In this document: positions 8,264 through 17,042 of the stretch, one piece after another
How positions within the stretch are numbered: the stretch's first letter is position 1
Layout of the letters: every line of letters starts with the position of its first letter
From: an uncultured Candidatus Saccharibacteria bacterium
GTDB taxonomy: Bacteria; Patescibacteriota; Saccharimonadia; CAILAD01; BJGX01
Length of the DNA: 25,603 bases
Assembly (NCBI GenBank): GCA_964430405.1
Contig: CAYSEY010000001.1
Coordinates: 1-25,603, forward strand
Reading direction: 5' to 3'
Notes under the pieces: model-generated
The model's input: only the letters and a program-made list of their open reading frames with translations
Databases searched by the model: none
Told to the model about the DNA's origin: nothing
Translations under genes and position numbers: made by a program

Positions 8264-8755
8264 ATGAGTGAGGACAAAAAAGTAACCAAGAAGGCTGATC
8301 ATGCCGAAATAAAACGCGTTGGCCGGTTTGGGCTGGTGGGGGTATTAAATACCGTGGTAGACTTTGTGGTTTACAATGGACTGTTGTTTTTATTGCCTAC
8401 TGTACCGGCTGTTTGGGCTGGGATTGTATCCGGTACTGCCGCTATGATTAATAGCTTTGTGTTTAATAAAAACTTTACTTTTAAAACAAAGAAACTCTCA
8501 ACAAAAAAGCTAGTTATGTTCTTCGTGATTACAGCTGCTGGCCTGTATATTATTCGTCCAATTGTATTGTATGCCCTAACTAGCTACTGGCTATGGCCAT
8601 CACAAGTACTCTATAACATTACGTCTGCCCTAAACCTGCCTTTTTCACAAGAGTTTGATACTCGTAACTTGGCGCTTGTTGTAGCAATTGCGATTGTTCT
8701 GGTATATAACTACTTGTTGTATAAATACTACGTATTCAATGAAAAAATCAAATAA
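8264..8755 (+). CDS. GtrA-family lipid-linked sugar flippase
   Basis: RFGLVGVLNTVVDF, NSFVFNKNFTF, YNYLLYKYYVF, four hydrophobic segments. Confidence 0.85.
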   Translation: MSEDKKVTKKADHAEIKRVGRFGLVGVLNTVVDFVVYNGLLFLLPTVPAVWAGIVSGTAAMINSFVFNKNFTFKTKKLSTKKLVMFFVITAAGLYIIRPIVLYALTSYWLWPSQVLYNITSALNLPFSQEFDTRNLALVVAIAIVLVYNYLLYKYYVFNEKIK

Positions 8756-10304
8756 CTTCCAGAGTTTCATTAAGAAGAATTTTGTTTGGATATTGTTTTT
8801 TGCAATATTGGTGATTGCGGCATTCTTTCGTTTTTACCAACTCAGCAGTTTACCGCCTGGACTACACCCTGACGAAGCAGCCAATGGCTTAGATATTTTC
8901 CGCATCCTAGAAAACAACGATTGGAAGGTTATATATAACACTAATGGCCCACGTGAGGCACTGTTCTTTTACCTGCAAGCAGTGTTTGTCGCTACAATGG
9001 GGAATACTATTCTCGCTCTTCGTATGGCTCCAGCATTATTCGGTGTAATTAGTGTGGCTGTTATATTCTTTGCCACCAAAGAGTGGTTTAGTAGGCGTAC
9101 TGCACTGATTACGGCGTTTTTCTTTGCGATTAGCCCTTGGGTAGTAATTATTCAACGCGATGGATTTAGAGCGAGCCTTGTGCCTCTAGTAATCGGTCTG
9201 GTGATGTGGTTTGGGGCTAAGGCCTATAAGTCTGGTAAGCTTTTGTACTACATACTGGCGGCTATCGCGCTCGGATTAGGTTTTTACACCTACACCGCTT
9301 TTTCGATGATTATAATTGCTGTTTTTGTAGGGATGATTTATATGCTTATTGTGAGGCGAGATTGGCTAAGGGCGAATTGGAAGAAGTTACTTATTTCGGC
9401 AGGAGTATTTGCTCTGGTCCTAACACCACTCATTATAACGACTGCTAAAGACCCGGGTGGCTCAACTGCTAGGGCTGGTGGCACAAGTTTCTTGAACAAG
9501 GATCTTAATAATGGCCAGCCCGTACAGACACTACTGAGCGGTACTGCTAAAACAATTTTGCAATATAACTATTATGGGGATGAGAACAGTCGACATAACG
9601 TACCGGGTCAACCACTACTTAATATGTTTGCTGGCTTGATGTTGGTGCTCGGGTTGGTTATTTGTTTGTATCATATTAAGCGACCTCGCTATGCGATCTT
9701 GTTGGTGGTGCTTGGAGCGATGATGTTGCCTTCGCTGCTTACTGCCGAGGGATTACCACATGGTCTGCGTTCCATCGGCACTGCTGTGCCGGTGTTTATG
9801 CTGGTTGGATTAGGCACTAATTATATGTTATATATTTGGTATCGAACCTTCCCTGTGAATAAGCTTGCCAGGGCGTCTGGGTTGGCAGTTATATGTTTGT
9901 TAATGGGATTATCGATGATTCAAGCATATCGGGCGTATTTCGTTGCTTGGGCACAAGACTCTAAAACCTATGAGGCTTACAGTGAATCTGCCGTGGCGAT
10001 TGCTAAGTATCTTAATACTAATACCGTTAGTGGCAGAAGTAATTTTGTCCTGATGGGTGGCTATGAGGCGAATCCGACTCAATATCTTACACATAATAAG
10101 TCGGATTATAAATTGCTCAACGAATCTGAACTTAGAGAACTGCCAATTAGTGGTGGGCCAAAGCTAATTATTATTCCGGCTGGCTCAAATCACGATCAAT
10201 TAGTAGAGCTCGTAAAAGTTAAATTCCCAGAGGGTACTCTAACGAACGTCAAATCTGATTTTAGCGGCAAGCTACTGTTTAGTGTTTATGAGGTTAAACA
10301 GTGA
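8739..10304 (+). CDS. GT-C fold membrane glycosyltransferase (ArnT/PMT-like)
   Basis: FRFYQL..LPPGLHPDEA first-loop DE motif, LRMAPALFG, many TM helices, C-terminal soluble domain. ATG at 8739 overlaps gtrA. Confidence 0.85.
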   Translation: MKKSNNFQSFIKKNFVWILFFAILVIAAFFRFYQLSSLPPGLHPDEAANGLDIFRILENNDWKVIYNTNGPREALFFYLQAVFVATMGNTILALRMAPALFGVISVAVIFFATKEWFSRRTALITAFFFAISPWVVIIQRDGFRASLVPLVIGLVMWFGAKAYKSGKLLYYILAAIALGLGFYTYTAFSMIIIAVFVGMIYMLIVRRDWLRANWKKLLISAGVFALVLTPLIITTAKDPGGSTARAGGTSFLNKDLNNGQPVQTLLSGTAKTILQYNYYGDENSRHNVPGQPLLNMFAGLMLVLGLVICLYHIKRPRYAILLVVLGAMMLPSLLTAEGLPHGLRSIGTAVPVFMLVGLGTNYMLYIWYRTFPVNKLARASGLAVICLLMGLSMIQAYRAYFVAWAQDSKTYEAYSESAVAIAKYLNTNTVSGRSNFVLMGGYEANPTQYLTHNKSDYKLLNESELRELPISGGPKLIIIPAGSNHDQLVELVKVKFPEGTLTNVKSDFSGKLLFSVYEVKQ

Positions 10305-11047
10305 AGCCAGAGCTGAGTATTGTCATTCCTACGTACAATGAAGCAGGTAGAATCGAATCGACATTAACTCAACTATCTAAGTATCTTAAGGAAGAAAAAA
10401 TAAACGCTGAAGTGTTGGTGGTAGATGCTCAAAGTCCTGACGGAACAGCCAAGTTTATAGAGAAGTACAAAAATCAGTTCAGTCATCTGCGCATATTAGA
10501 TGCTGGCCCTAAACCAAGGGGTAAGTTTATAAAAGGAAGACAAGTTAAGAAGGGAATGCTTGAAGCAAAAGGCCAGTATGTGTTATTTATGGATGCCGAT
10601 TTGGCTACGCCCTTACGATATATTAAGAATGCCCTAGAAGAGTTAAAATCTGGTAAACAGGTTGCGATTTGCGTAAGAGATTTACAAAAGAGCCATAAAG
10701 GATTACGAAAATTAGTGTCTGGAGCAGGTAATCTTCTGGTGCAAATGCTATTGTTGCCCGGTATTAAAGACACTCAATGTGGCTTTAAGGCTTTTTCAAA
10801 ACAAGCCACAGCGGTAGTCTTCCCGGCACAGACAATTGATGGCTGGGGTTTTGATATGGAGATACTAGCCATCGCCCGTAAAAGTGGCTATAGCGTAGGA
10901 TTGATTGATGTGCCTGATTGGCAAGATATAAAGGAAGGTAGCAAAATCAGTGGGAGCTCACCAATCAAGGCATCGTTGCAGACTTTTGGGGATCTAATAA
11001 ATATTCGCTGGGGTTTCTTGCGTGGTCGCTACAAAGTCAAAAAATAA
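10301..11047 (+). CDS. GT2 polyprenol-phosphate glycosyltransferase (dolichyl-P beta-glucosyltransferase-like)
   Basis: LSIVIPTYNE, S.DGT, FMDADL, DTQCGFKAF, WGFDMEIL. Confidence 0.9.
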   Translation: MKPELSIVIPTYNEAGRIESTLTQLSKYLKEEKINAEVLVVDAQSPDGTAKFIEKYKNQFSHLRILDAGPKPRGKFIKGRQVKKGMLEAKGQYVLFMDADLATPLRYIKNALEELKSGKQVAICVRDLQKSHKGLRKLVSGAGNLLVQMLLLPGIKDTQCGFKAFSKQATAVVFPAQTIDGWGFDMEILAIARKSGYSVGLIDVPDWQDIKEGSKISGSSPIKASLQTFGDLINIRWGFLRGRYKVKK

Positions 11048-12518
11048 TTCCAGGTTAATAGGTTTTATCGATCGAAATTGGTGGGTATTCTTTGCCCTCA
11101 TTATTGTAATTGCCATTGGGGTTAGGCTAGTTGGAATAACGAAAGCTAGTGTTTGGCACGATGAAGGTTTTAGTGCCATGTTGGCAGGTCGTGACTGGGT
11201 GGGAATATGGTTAGGTTCAGCGAGGGATGTACACCCTCCGCTTTACTATGAACTGCTACATCTTTGGACGGTAATCTTTGGTAATAGTGTATTTGCAATT
11301 CGTTCTTTGAGTATGGTGGCTGGGGTCTTGATTGTGGTGCTTGGTACATTTTTAACTAAAAAAATCAGCACTAAGCACACTGCAATACTGGCTGGATTAA
11401 TCCTGGCTCTAAATCCTTTCTTGGTGCGCTACAGTCAAGAAGCTAGAATGTACGGAGTTCTTGGGGTATTTCTGTTGATTGCATTAATAGGGGTTATATA
11501 TATGGTTGATAATCCTAAAAAGTGGCTAGGTTACGTCTTATATATATTCGGAATTACCCTTGGGCTTTACACGCACTACTTCACTGCATTAGTAGTTATA
11601 GCGATTTGGCTTTACGTTGCTGGTTTACTACTAATTAAGAACAAAAACAAACTATTACTTAATTATCGTTGGTGGCTAGCAAATATTGTGGCAGTGTTGC
11701 TATTTTTACCTTGGTTGCCAAACATAATCGCTCAACTTACAAGGGGACAGGGTCTAGGTTGGTTGCCAAAGACTAGCTTGCAGACGTTTCACGATACTAT
11801 GTGGCAATTCTTTACTTTTACTGACGCACACAGATTAACGCAAGTGGTGTATTGGTTCATTCCTTTGTTGGTTATCGCAGCTACCGTATATGTCTGGATA
11901 AAAGACGATACAAAGTATAAATACTCACGGCTCCTCATTCTGTTTAGCTTCATACCAATGCTATTGGCTATAGGCGCTTCGTTTTATCGTCCGATGTTTC
12001 ATGAGAGGTATTTTGCATTTGCAATAATTGGTATATGCATCGTCATTGCGATGGCGGTTTCGAAGTTAGCACAAACCCGATTGTGGCTAGGGTCAATTAT
12101 TGCATTACTACTCATCATGACGCAGTTAGTCGGTCTTCGAAACGTCAACAGCCAAGCATCGCATAGAGTTAGTTTGGTTATGGACAAGGTTAATAGTCAG
12201 TTTGAATCTGGCGATGTGATTGTGGCTGGTGAGTTGTATGTGTATTTTGATGGCAGTTTTTATAATACAACCAACCAAAAGATACTATTGTTTACCGGCA
12301 ATGGTCAGCCAAACGGTTATGGCGAGTCCGGATTGATTTATGACAGAGACGTTTATCTAGATTCATTAGGATCGTTTAGGGGCTCAACATCTGGTAGAGT
12401 GTGGCTCATCGGTAAAACTGGTAGTCACGATTATTACGACCAAATTCCGAGTAACTGGAAATTGCTTGAGATCTACCAAGCAGGGTATAGCGAAGTTAGG
12501 CTGTATCAGATACAATAG
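11022..12518 (+). CDS. GT-C fold membrane glycosyltransferase (family 39-like)
   Basis: SVWHDE, DVHPPLYY, RYSQEARMY, GLYTHYF, ERYF and many TM segments. Exact start uncertain. Confidence 0.87.
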   Translation: MVATKSKNNSRLIGFIDRNWWVFFALIIVIAIGVRLVGITKASVWHDEGFSAMLAGRDWVGIWLGSARDVHPPLYYELLHLWTVIFGNSVFAIRSLSMVAGVLIVVLGTFLTKKISTKHTAILAGLILALNPFLVRYSQEARMYGVLGVFLLIALIGVIYMVDNPKKWLGYVLYIFGITLGLYTHYFTALVVIAIWLYVAGLLLIKNKNKLLLNYRWWLANIVAVLLFLPWLPNIIAQLTRGQGLGWLPKTSLQTFHDTMWQFFTFTDAHRLTQVVYWFIPLLVIAATVYVWIKDDTKYKYSRLLILFSFIPMLLAIGASFYRPMFHERYFAFAIIGICIVIAMAVSKLAQTRLWLGSIIALLLIMTQLVGLRNVNSQASHRVSLVMDKVNSQFESGDVIVAGELYVYFDGSFYNTTNQKILLFTGNGQPNGYGESGLIYDRDVYLDSLGSFRGSTSGRVWLIGKTGSHDYYDQIPSNWKLLEIYQAGYSEVRLYQIQ

Positions 12519-12525
12519 AGCCAAC

Positions 12526-12639
12526 GAACTTTTTGTACCAAGCATTCTTGAGTTACGATTTCTGCCTTTCATTACGTAGGCAATCTGTGGTTCATTATGT
12601 TGCTCATTCGTTCCCTGAACTGCTTTCTACAAATAGTTC
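12526..12639 (+). other. Candidate structured RNA or palindromic element upstream of ybaB
   Basis: Nested inverted repeats: GAACTTTTTGTA/TACAAATAGTTC, AAGCA/TGCTT, TGAGTTACGAT/ATCTGTGGTTCA, TGCCT/AGGCA. Confidence 0.5.
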
Positions 12640-12664
12640 TTGAAATAAACTAGGAGAAATTATT

Positions 12665-12973
12665 ATGAGTATGATGGAAAAGGCAAAACTTGCCCAAAAG
12701 GCCCTAAAGCTACAAAAAGAACTTAAGCGAATGCAGATTGAAGCAGAAGCAGGGGACGGAGATGTGAAAGTAACCGCCGGACTAGCGATTAGCCAAACGA
12801 GCATGAATGTTGAAGTGCGTAGTATAGAGATTGCTCCCGAGGCAGCCGAAGACCTGGATCGACTATCGGATCTAATCGCAGCTGCAGTGAACCAAGCTAA
12901 TAAGGAACTTATGGCTGAAGCCACCGAAAAAATGCAAGAGATAGCCGGAAGCATGAACCTGCCTGGTATGTAG
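12665..12973 (+). CDS. ybaB: YbaB/EbfC nucleoid-associated protein
   Basis: LQKEL...EAEAGDGDVKV...LSDLIAAAVNQA, directly upstream of recR, AGGAG RBS. Confidence 0.88.
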   Translation: MSMMEKAKLAQKALKLQKELKRMQIEAEAGDGDVKVTAGLAISQTSMNVEVRSIEIAPEAAEDLDRLSDLIAAAVNQANKELMAEATEKMQEIAGSMNLPGM

Positions 12974-12978
12974 GTATT

Positions 12979-13578
12979 ATGCAAATACTGCCCGATAATA
13001 TTACTAATCTAATCGAAGAGTTTTCTAAATTACCCTCGATCGGCCCTAAATCAGCCGAGAGATTAGTATTTTACTTACTAGCCAATGGCGATGTTGAGCA
13101 GTTTGGCAAAACAATGCAAGACCTTAAGAAGGGTTTGCGTAAGTGTGCTACTTGTAGAAACTACTCCACCGAAGAGCTTTGCCCAATATGTGCTAGTACT
13201 AGTCGAAATGCCAATTTGGTGGCTGTAGTTTCGCAGCCTATGGATATTGTTGCACTAGAACGAACTGGACTCTTTAGGGGTCAATACCATATTTTGCACG
13301 GTGTTATTAGTCCTATAGATGGTGTGGGGCCGGATGATTTGGAAATCCAAAGCTTACTAGACCGAGTTAAGGTAGTAGAGCCCGAGGAGATTATACTGGC
13401 TACTAATCCGAATATAGAGGGCGAAACTACCTCAATTTATATCTCTAGAAAACTAATTGAACAAGGCTATAATGGTAAAATTTCGAAATTAGCCCACGGA
13501 CTACCGATTGGTGGGGATTTAGAATACGCCGATCAATTAACCTTGAGCCGAGCACTCGATAATAGGCAGGCATTTTAG
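12979..13578 (+). CDS. recR: Recombination protein RecR
   Basis: LPSIGPKSAERL, C4 Zn finger, YHILHGVISP, ATNPNIEGETT, GGDLEYAD. Confidence 0.97.
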   Translation: MQILPDNITNLIEEFSKLPSIGPKSAERLVFYLLANGDVEQFGKTMQDLKKGLRKCATCRNYSTEELCPICASTSRNANLVAVVSQPMDIVALERTGLFRGQYHILHGVISPIDGVGPDDLEIQSLLDRVKVVEPEEIILATNPNIEGETTSIYISRKLIEQGYNGKISKLAHGLPIGGDLEYADQLTLSRALDNRQAF

Positions 13579-14117
13579 TGAAAGGATTTAGCAAAGATGT
13601 CTTACTGGTTGATTTTGAAACGACTGGGTTAGATTTGGATAGGTCATTACCAATACAGTTGGGTGCCGTGTTGTTGGATCGGGAAACATTAGAGGAAAAA
13701 GATAGTTATCTAACATTTATTAAGCAAGACTTGTCCGGAATGAGTCCTGAAGCAGCAAAAATCCATGGAATCAATGAAGAAACGTTGCAAGATGCACCAA
13801 GCCCAAAAGAAGTTATAGAGAATTTTCTTGATAAGTTTGGCACGCAAGTATATTTAGCTAGCTGGAACGAAATGCTTGACCATACTATGATGGCGAAGTT
13901 GCTCAGGGAGGTTGACAAGGATATCTACACGCACGACTACCACTATTTGGATGTATGGAGCTTAGCTTACCTATATTTAGTAGAACAGGGAAAGGGCGAT
14001 ATAGTACGGAGTGAGCCAACATTTCAATATTTTGGATTGCCTCCTCGCAAAACTCACGATGCCCTTGAGGACTGTCGACATACTGCAGAAGTTTTGCGCA
14101 AGGTTTATAATAAGTAA
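13578..14117 (+). CDS. DEDDh 3'-5' exonuclease (DnaQ-like)
   Basis: VDFETTG, IHGI, HDALEDC. GTG start overlaps the recR stop. Confidence 0.9.
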   Translation: MKGFSKDVLLVDFETTGLDLDRSLPIQLGAVLLDRETLEEKDSYLTFIKQDLSGMSPEAAKIHGINEETLQDAPSPKEVIENFLDKFGTQVYLASWNEMLDHTMMAKLLREVDKDIYTHDYHYLDVWSLAYLYLVEQGKGDIVRSEPTFQYFGLPPRKTHDALEDCRHTAEVLRKVYNK

Positions 14118-14120
14118 GTA

Positions 14121-15494
14121 ATGCTGAGATTATATAACTCCCTAACACGAAAAAAAGAAGACTTTAAACCTATTCGAAGTGATCAGGTGACAATTTATAG
14201 TTGTGGCCCAACTGTATATGATCATGCTCACATCGGGAACTTCAGAGCATTTTTACTGCCAGATTTGTTACAGAGAGTATTGCGCCATATCGAACGATAC
14301 GATGTTTCGTGGGTAATGAACATTACTGATATTGACGATAAGATGATTAAGCGCGCAAACGAAACGTATCCTGACGAGGAGCCGATGACTGCTCTTGCCA
14401 AGCTAGCTGACAAGTATACTGATATTTTTATCGATGATATTGAGTCTATTGGCATCCGGCGTGATGATATTTCTAGGTTACCCAGAGCCACAGATCATAT
14501 TGGTGGTATGCAAGATATCATTAGGGGATTAGTAAGCGATGGTATTGCTTATGTAAGTGAGGGAAGTGTATATTTTAGTGTCGAAAACTACCGCAAAGCA
14601 GGCAAGGATTATGGCCGTTTGGTGAATTTGGACTTTGTAGCTCAGGCTCGTGTTACCGACGATCAGGATCAAAAAGATGGTGTTGCCGACTTTGCATTGT
14701 GGAAAGCCGAAAAGGAAGGTGAGCCAGTTTGGGATTTTGATATCGAAGGCAAAAACTACCCTGGTCGTCCTGGGTGGCACATAGAGTGTTCTGCAATGAG
14801 CACGCACTTTTTGGGCCAACCATTTGATATCCATACCGGAGGTGTTGACCTTAAGTTCCCGCATCACGAGAATGAATTGGCTCAGTGCGGTGGAGTGCAG
14901 GCTAACTATTATCTTCATAATGAACATTTGAGTATCGAATCTGAGAAGATGAGCAAGAGCTTGGGGAATATTAAAACTCTAGCAGATATAAAACAGCCTA
15001 TGGCATTCAGGTATCTAGTAATGAGCGCACACTACAGAACTCAAATGGATTTTGGCGTAGATGATATTAATGCTGCTACAGAGAGGCTTAAGAACCTAAG
15101 GGCCTATGCTGACCAACTTAATTTTGCCAGACATGGGCAATTACCAAAAAGTGATGATACTGGCGGTGTTGCAGAATTTACGAATCAATTGCAGGAGGCC
15201 TTGCGTGACGACTTGAACACGCCAAAAGCACTTGCGGCTGTTAGCACTATCGAAGGCAAGGCATATAGCGATGATGCTAAGCAAGCTATGAAATTATTCG
15301 ATGAAGTATTTGGTCTACAATTGTTAGACGAAACTCCACTTAAAGGTGAAGTGTTGGAGGTGATTGATCGATACGAAGCCGCCCGAAAAGCCAAAGACTT
15401 TGAACTGTCCGATAAATTGCGCCAGCAGCTTTTAGACGATTACAGTTTGATTACAACTGATTCTGAAATCGGGACTCTGGTAAATCGAGCTTAA
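14121..15494 (+). CDS. cysS: Cysteine--tRNA ligase
   Basis: CGPTVY, HIGN, DFALWK, GRPGWHIECS, FPHHENE, KMSKS. Confidence 0.97.
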   Translation: MLRLYNSLTRKKEDFKPIRSDQVTIYSCGPTVYDHAHIGNFRAFLLPDLLQRVLRHIERYDVSWVMNITDIDDKMIKRANETYPDEEPMTALAKLADKYTDIFIDDIESIGIRRDDISRLPRATDHIGGMQDIIRGLVSDGIAYVSEGSVYFSVENYRKAGKDYGRLVNLDFVAQARVTDDQDQKDGVADFALWKAEKEGEPVWDFDIEGKNYPGRPGWHIECSAMSTHFLGQPFDIHTGGVDLKFPHHENELAQCGGVQANYYLHNEHLSIESEKMSKSLGNIKTLADIKQPMAFRYLVMSAHYRTQMDFGVDDINAATERLKNLRAYADQLNFARHGQLPKSDDTGGVAEFTNQLQEALRDDLNTPKALAAVSTIEGKAYSDDAKQAMKLFDEVFGLQLLDETPLKGEVLEVIDRYEAARKAKDFELSDKLRQQLLDDYSLITTDSEIGTLVNRA

Positions 15495-15496
15495 AA

Positions 15497-15536
15497 GTAT
15501 CAACCCCCAGCAATTACTTGCTAGGGGTTGTAATAC
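15497..15536 (-). terminator. Hairpin between convergent cysS and the small Zn-finger gene
   Basis: CAACCCCCAGCAA-TTAC-TTGCTAGGGGTTG. The C/A mismatch on + is a G-U pair on -, and four U follow on -. Confidence 0.7.
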
Positions 15537-15550
15537 AGTACCATTGCCGT

Positions 15551-15706
15551 CTAGACCTTTCCGCCACATTTGTCGCAGACTCGTCCGGTTCCGCCACAAT
15601 CACTACATGTTTTGCCCGTACTGCTGATGTTGCCTCGGCTACAGCCTCGGCGCGGACAGATCTTGGTGTACTTGCCGTCGCACTTCTTGGGGTTGTGTGA
15701 AGCCAC
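15551..15706 (-). CDS. 51-aa Cys-rich Zn-finger microprotein with a DnaJ-type CxxCxGxG motif (absent from ORF track)
   Basis: Hand translation: MASHNPKKCDGKYTKICPRRGCSRGNISSTGKTCSDCGGTGRVCDKCGGKV*. GAAAGG lies 8 nt before the GTG. Promoter and terminator are both present. Confidence 0.8.
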   Translation of the reverse strand: MASHNPKKCDGKYTKICPRRGCSRGNISSTGKTCSDCGGTGRVCDKCGGKV

Positions 15707-15757
15707 GTCCGATGCCTTTCGGTCGGGTTGGATCTACCTGGATTTCAGGTTGCAAGC

Positions 15758-15786
15758 ATTATATTGAATAATCGTTAGTAGTTCAA
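15758..15786 (-). promoter_or_regulatory. Sigma70 promoter for the Zn-finger microprotein
   Basis: TTGAAC-17 nt-TATAAT on the minus strand. Confidence 0.7.
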
Positions 15787-16244
15787 GGCTCTTTGACTGG
15801 TCGCATTAGTTTAGGAGGCATTTTGATTTTTAGTTTTTTTAGCTGGTCTAGAATATTATCGATTTCTTTAAGGATAAGTGCTTGGTCGTCGTTACTTAGT
15901 TTAGATAGGACTTTAGTAATAGAATCAGCATAATCACGGTGGTTGGCGGCATTGAGATTTTTCCAGTTTACACCGGCTAACAGGTTACCAGTCTTGGGGT
16001 TAAATTTAACTACTTTAGTTTGCAATAGATAGGCAATACTAGGGTAGCCCAGGCGCTTTTGCCAGAAGCTGTCGTTATCGTTTGCAACAATAGTATTAGC
16101 CTCGGGGTTATATACTACATCGTAAGTTTTATCGCCGTTACTTGATACGACTTTGGCTGTATTCCCATTAACATTAATTCGCTCATCGCCCATAACAGTC
16201 AGCGTCTCGTAGATCTTAATTGGCATTGGTGATTTCCAAATCAT
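15783..16244 (-). CDS. Conserved hypothetical protein
   Basis: IKIYE.L..M.D.R, V.SS.G.KTY.V, NDN.S.W...LGYPSIA.L pattern of an uncharacterised family (from memory). TGGTATTAT lies 7 nt before the ATG. Confidence 0.75.
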   Translation of the reverse strand: MIWKSPMPIKIYETLTVMGDERINVNGNTAKVVSSNGDKTYDVVYNPEANTIVANDNDSFWQKRLGYPSIAYLLQTKVVKFNPKTGNLLAGVNWKNLNAANHRDYADSITKVLSKLSNDDQALILKEIDNILDQLKKLKIKMPPKLMRPVKEP

Positions 16245-16259
16245 TAATTTAATAATACC

Positions 16260-16285
16260 AAAAAACCCCGACTAATCGGGGTTTT
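16260..16285 (-). terminator. Intrinsic terminator of the RRM gene
   Basis: AAAACCCCGA-CTAA-TCGGGGTTTT, with a U7 tail on the minus strand. Confidence 0.8.
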
Positions 16286-16306
16286 AAGGATTGATTTAAA
16301 GCTGAC

Positions 16307-16564
16307 TTATCGCTCTTCGCGAGGTCGGGCTTCGTTGACTGTGATAGCACGGCCATCAATTTCTTTGCCATTCAAGGTGTCGATTGCTTTTTTGGCGCCT
16401 TCTTCGTCTGCCATTTCCACAAAACCGAAACCCTTAGATCGGCCGCTGTCTCGCTCTGTGATAACACGAGCTGATTCAACTGCACCGGCCTCAGCAAAAA
16501 TTTGAGCTAGTTGCTCGTCGTTGACACTCCAAGGTAGAGAGCCGACAAATAGATTCTTTGCCAT
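16307..16564 (-). CDS. Single-domain RRM RNA-binding protein
   Basis: RNP2 LFVGSL, RNP1 KGFGFVEM, GRAITVNEARPR. Promoter TTGCTA-17-TATAAT at 16714-16686. Confidence 0.95.
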   Translation of the reverse strand: MAKNLFVGSLPWSVNDEQLAQIFAEAGAVESARVITERDSGRSKGFGFVEMADEEGAKKAIDTLNGKEIDGRAITVNEARPREER

Positions 16565-16801
16565 AGTTCCTTCTTTTCTTTTCTGGCCTATCCCAGCTTT
16601 GTCGGCTGTTTAGCTGCATTCCAGAACTTATTTAATAACCTGATCCATTAGAGCCGTAGCAGCGTTGTTTCTAAGAACAAAAACAATTATACAGTATTTA
16701 ACAGATAATAGCAATTATTCTTTTTACTTATTGATGGGTTTACTTCTCAGGTTTTGAGGATAAATATCATCAAATACCAATCAACGCTATATTCCTACGT
16801 T

Positions 16802-16843
16802 AGCCATAAAAAAACACCCGTTCTACACTAGGGTATTTTTTAA
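16802..16843 (-). terminator. Terminator after tRNA-Gln
   Basis: AAAAAAACACCC...GGGTATTTTTT inverted repeat with A/T tails. Confidence 0.65.
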
Positions 16844-16918
16844 TGGCTGGGACGGCAGGATTCGAACCTGCGAATGCCAGTACCAAAAACTGGTGCCTTA
16901 CCACTTGGCGACGTCCCA
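16844..16918 (-). tRNA. tRNA-Gln(UUG)
   Basis: TGGGACGTCGCCAAGTGGTAAGGCACCAGTTTTTGGTACTGGCATTCGCAGGTTCGAATCCTGCCGTCCCAGCCA. Anticodon TTG, encoded CCA. Promoter TTGAAT-17-TATCAT at 16958-16930. Confidence 0.97.
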
Positions 16919-17042
16919 TTAACCTGATAATGATAGCTGAAAATGGCTAATTATTCAATAATGCAACCTGGTGCTGGATAGTCGATGCGCCTAGGGCTAA
17001 CTAGAACTATTTGCTACAATATTACAATAAAGGAGCAACACA

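Noticed and set aside
15518..15767. + strand ORFs 15518..15700 and 15570..15767
   Set aside because: They lack RBSs. The minus-strand 51-aa Cys-rich ORF has a promoter, RBS and terminator.
16802..16918. tRNA-Gln as an island integration site
   Set aside because: No integrase and no direct repeat of the tRNA 3' end. The nearby AGCCAT match is inverted and part of the terminator.
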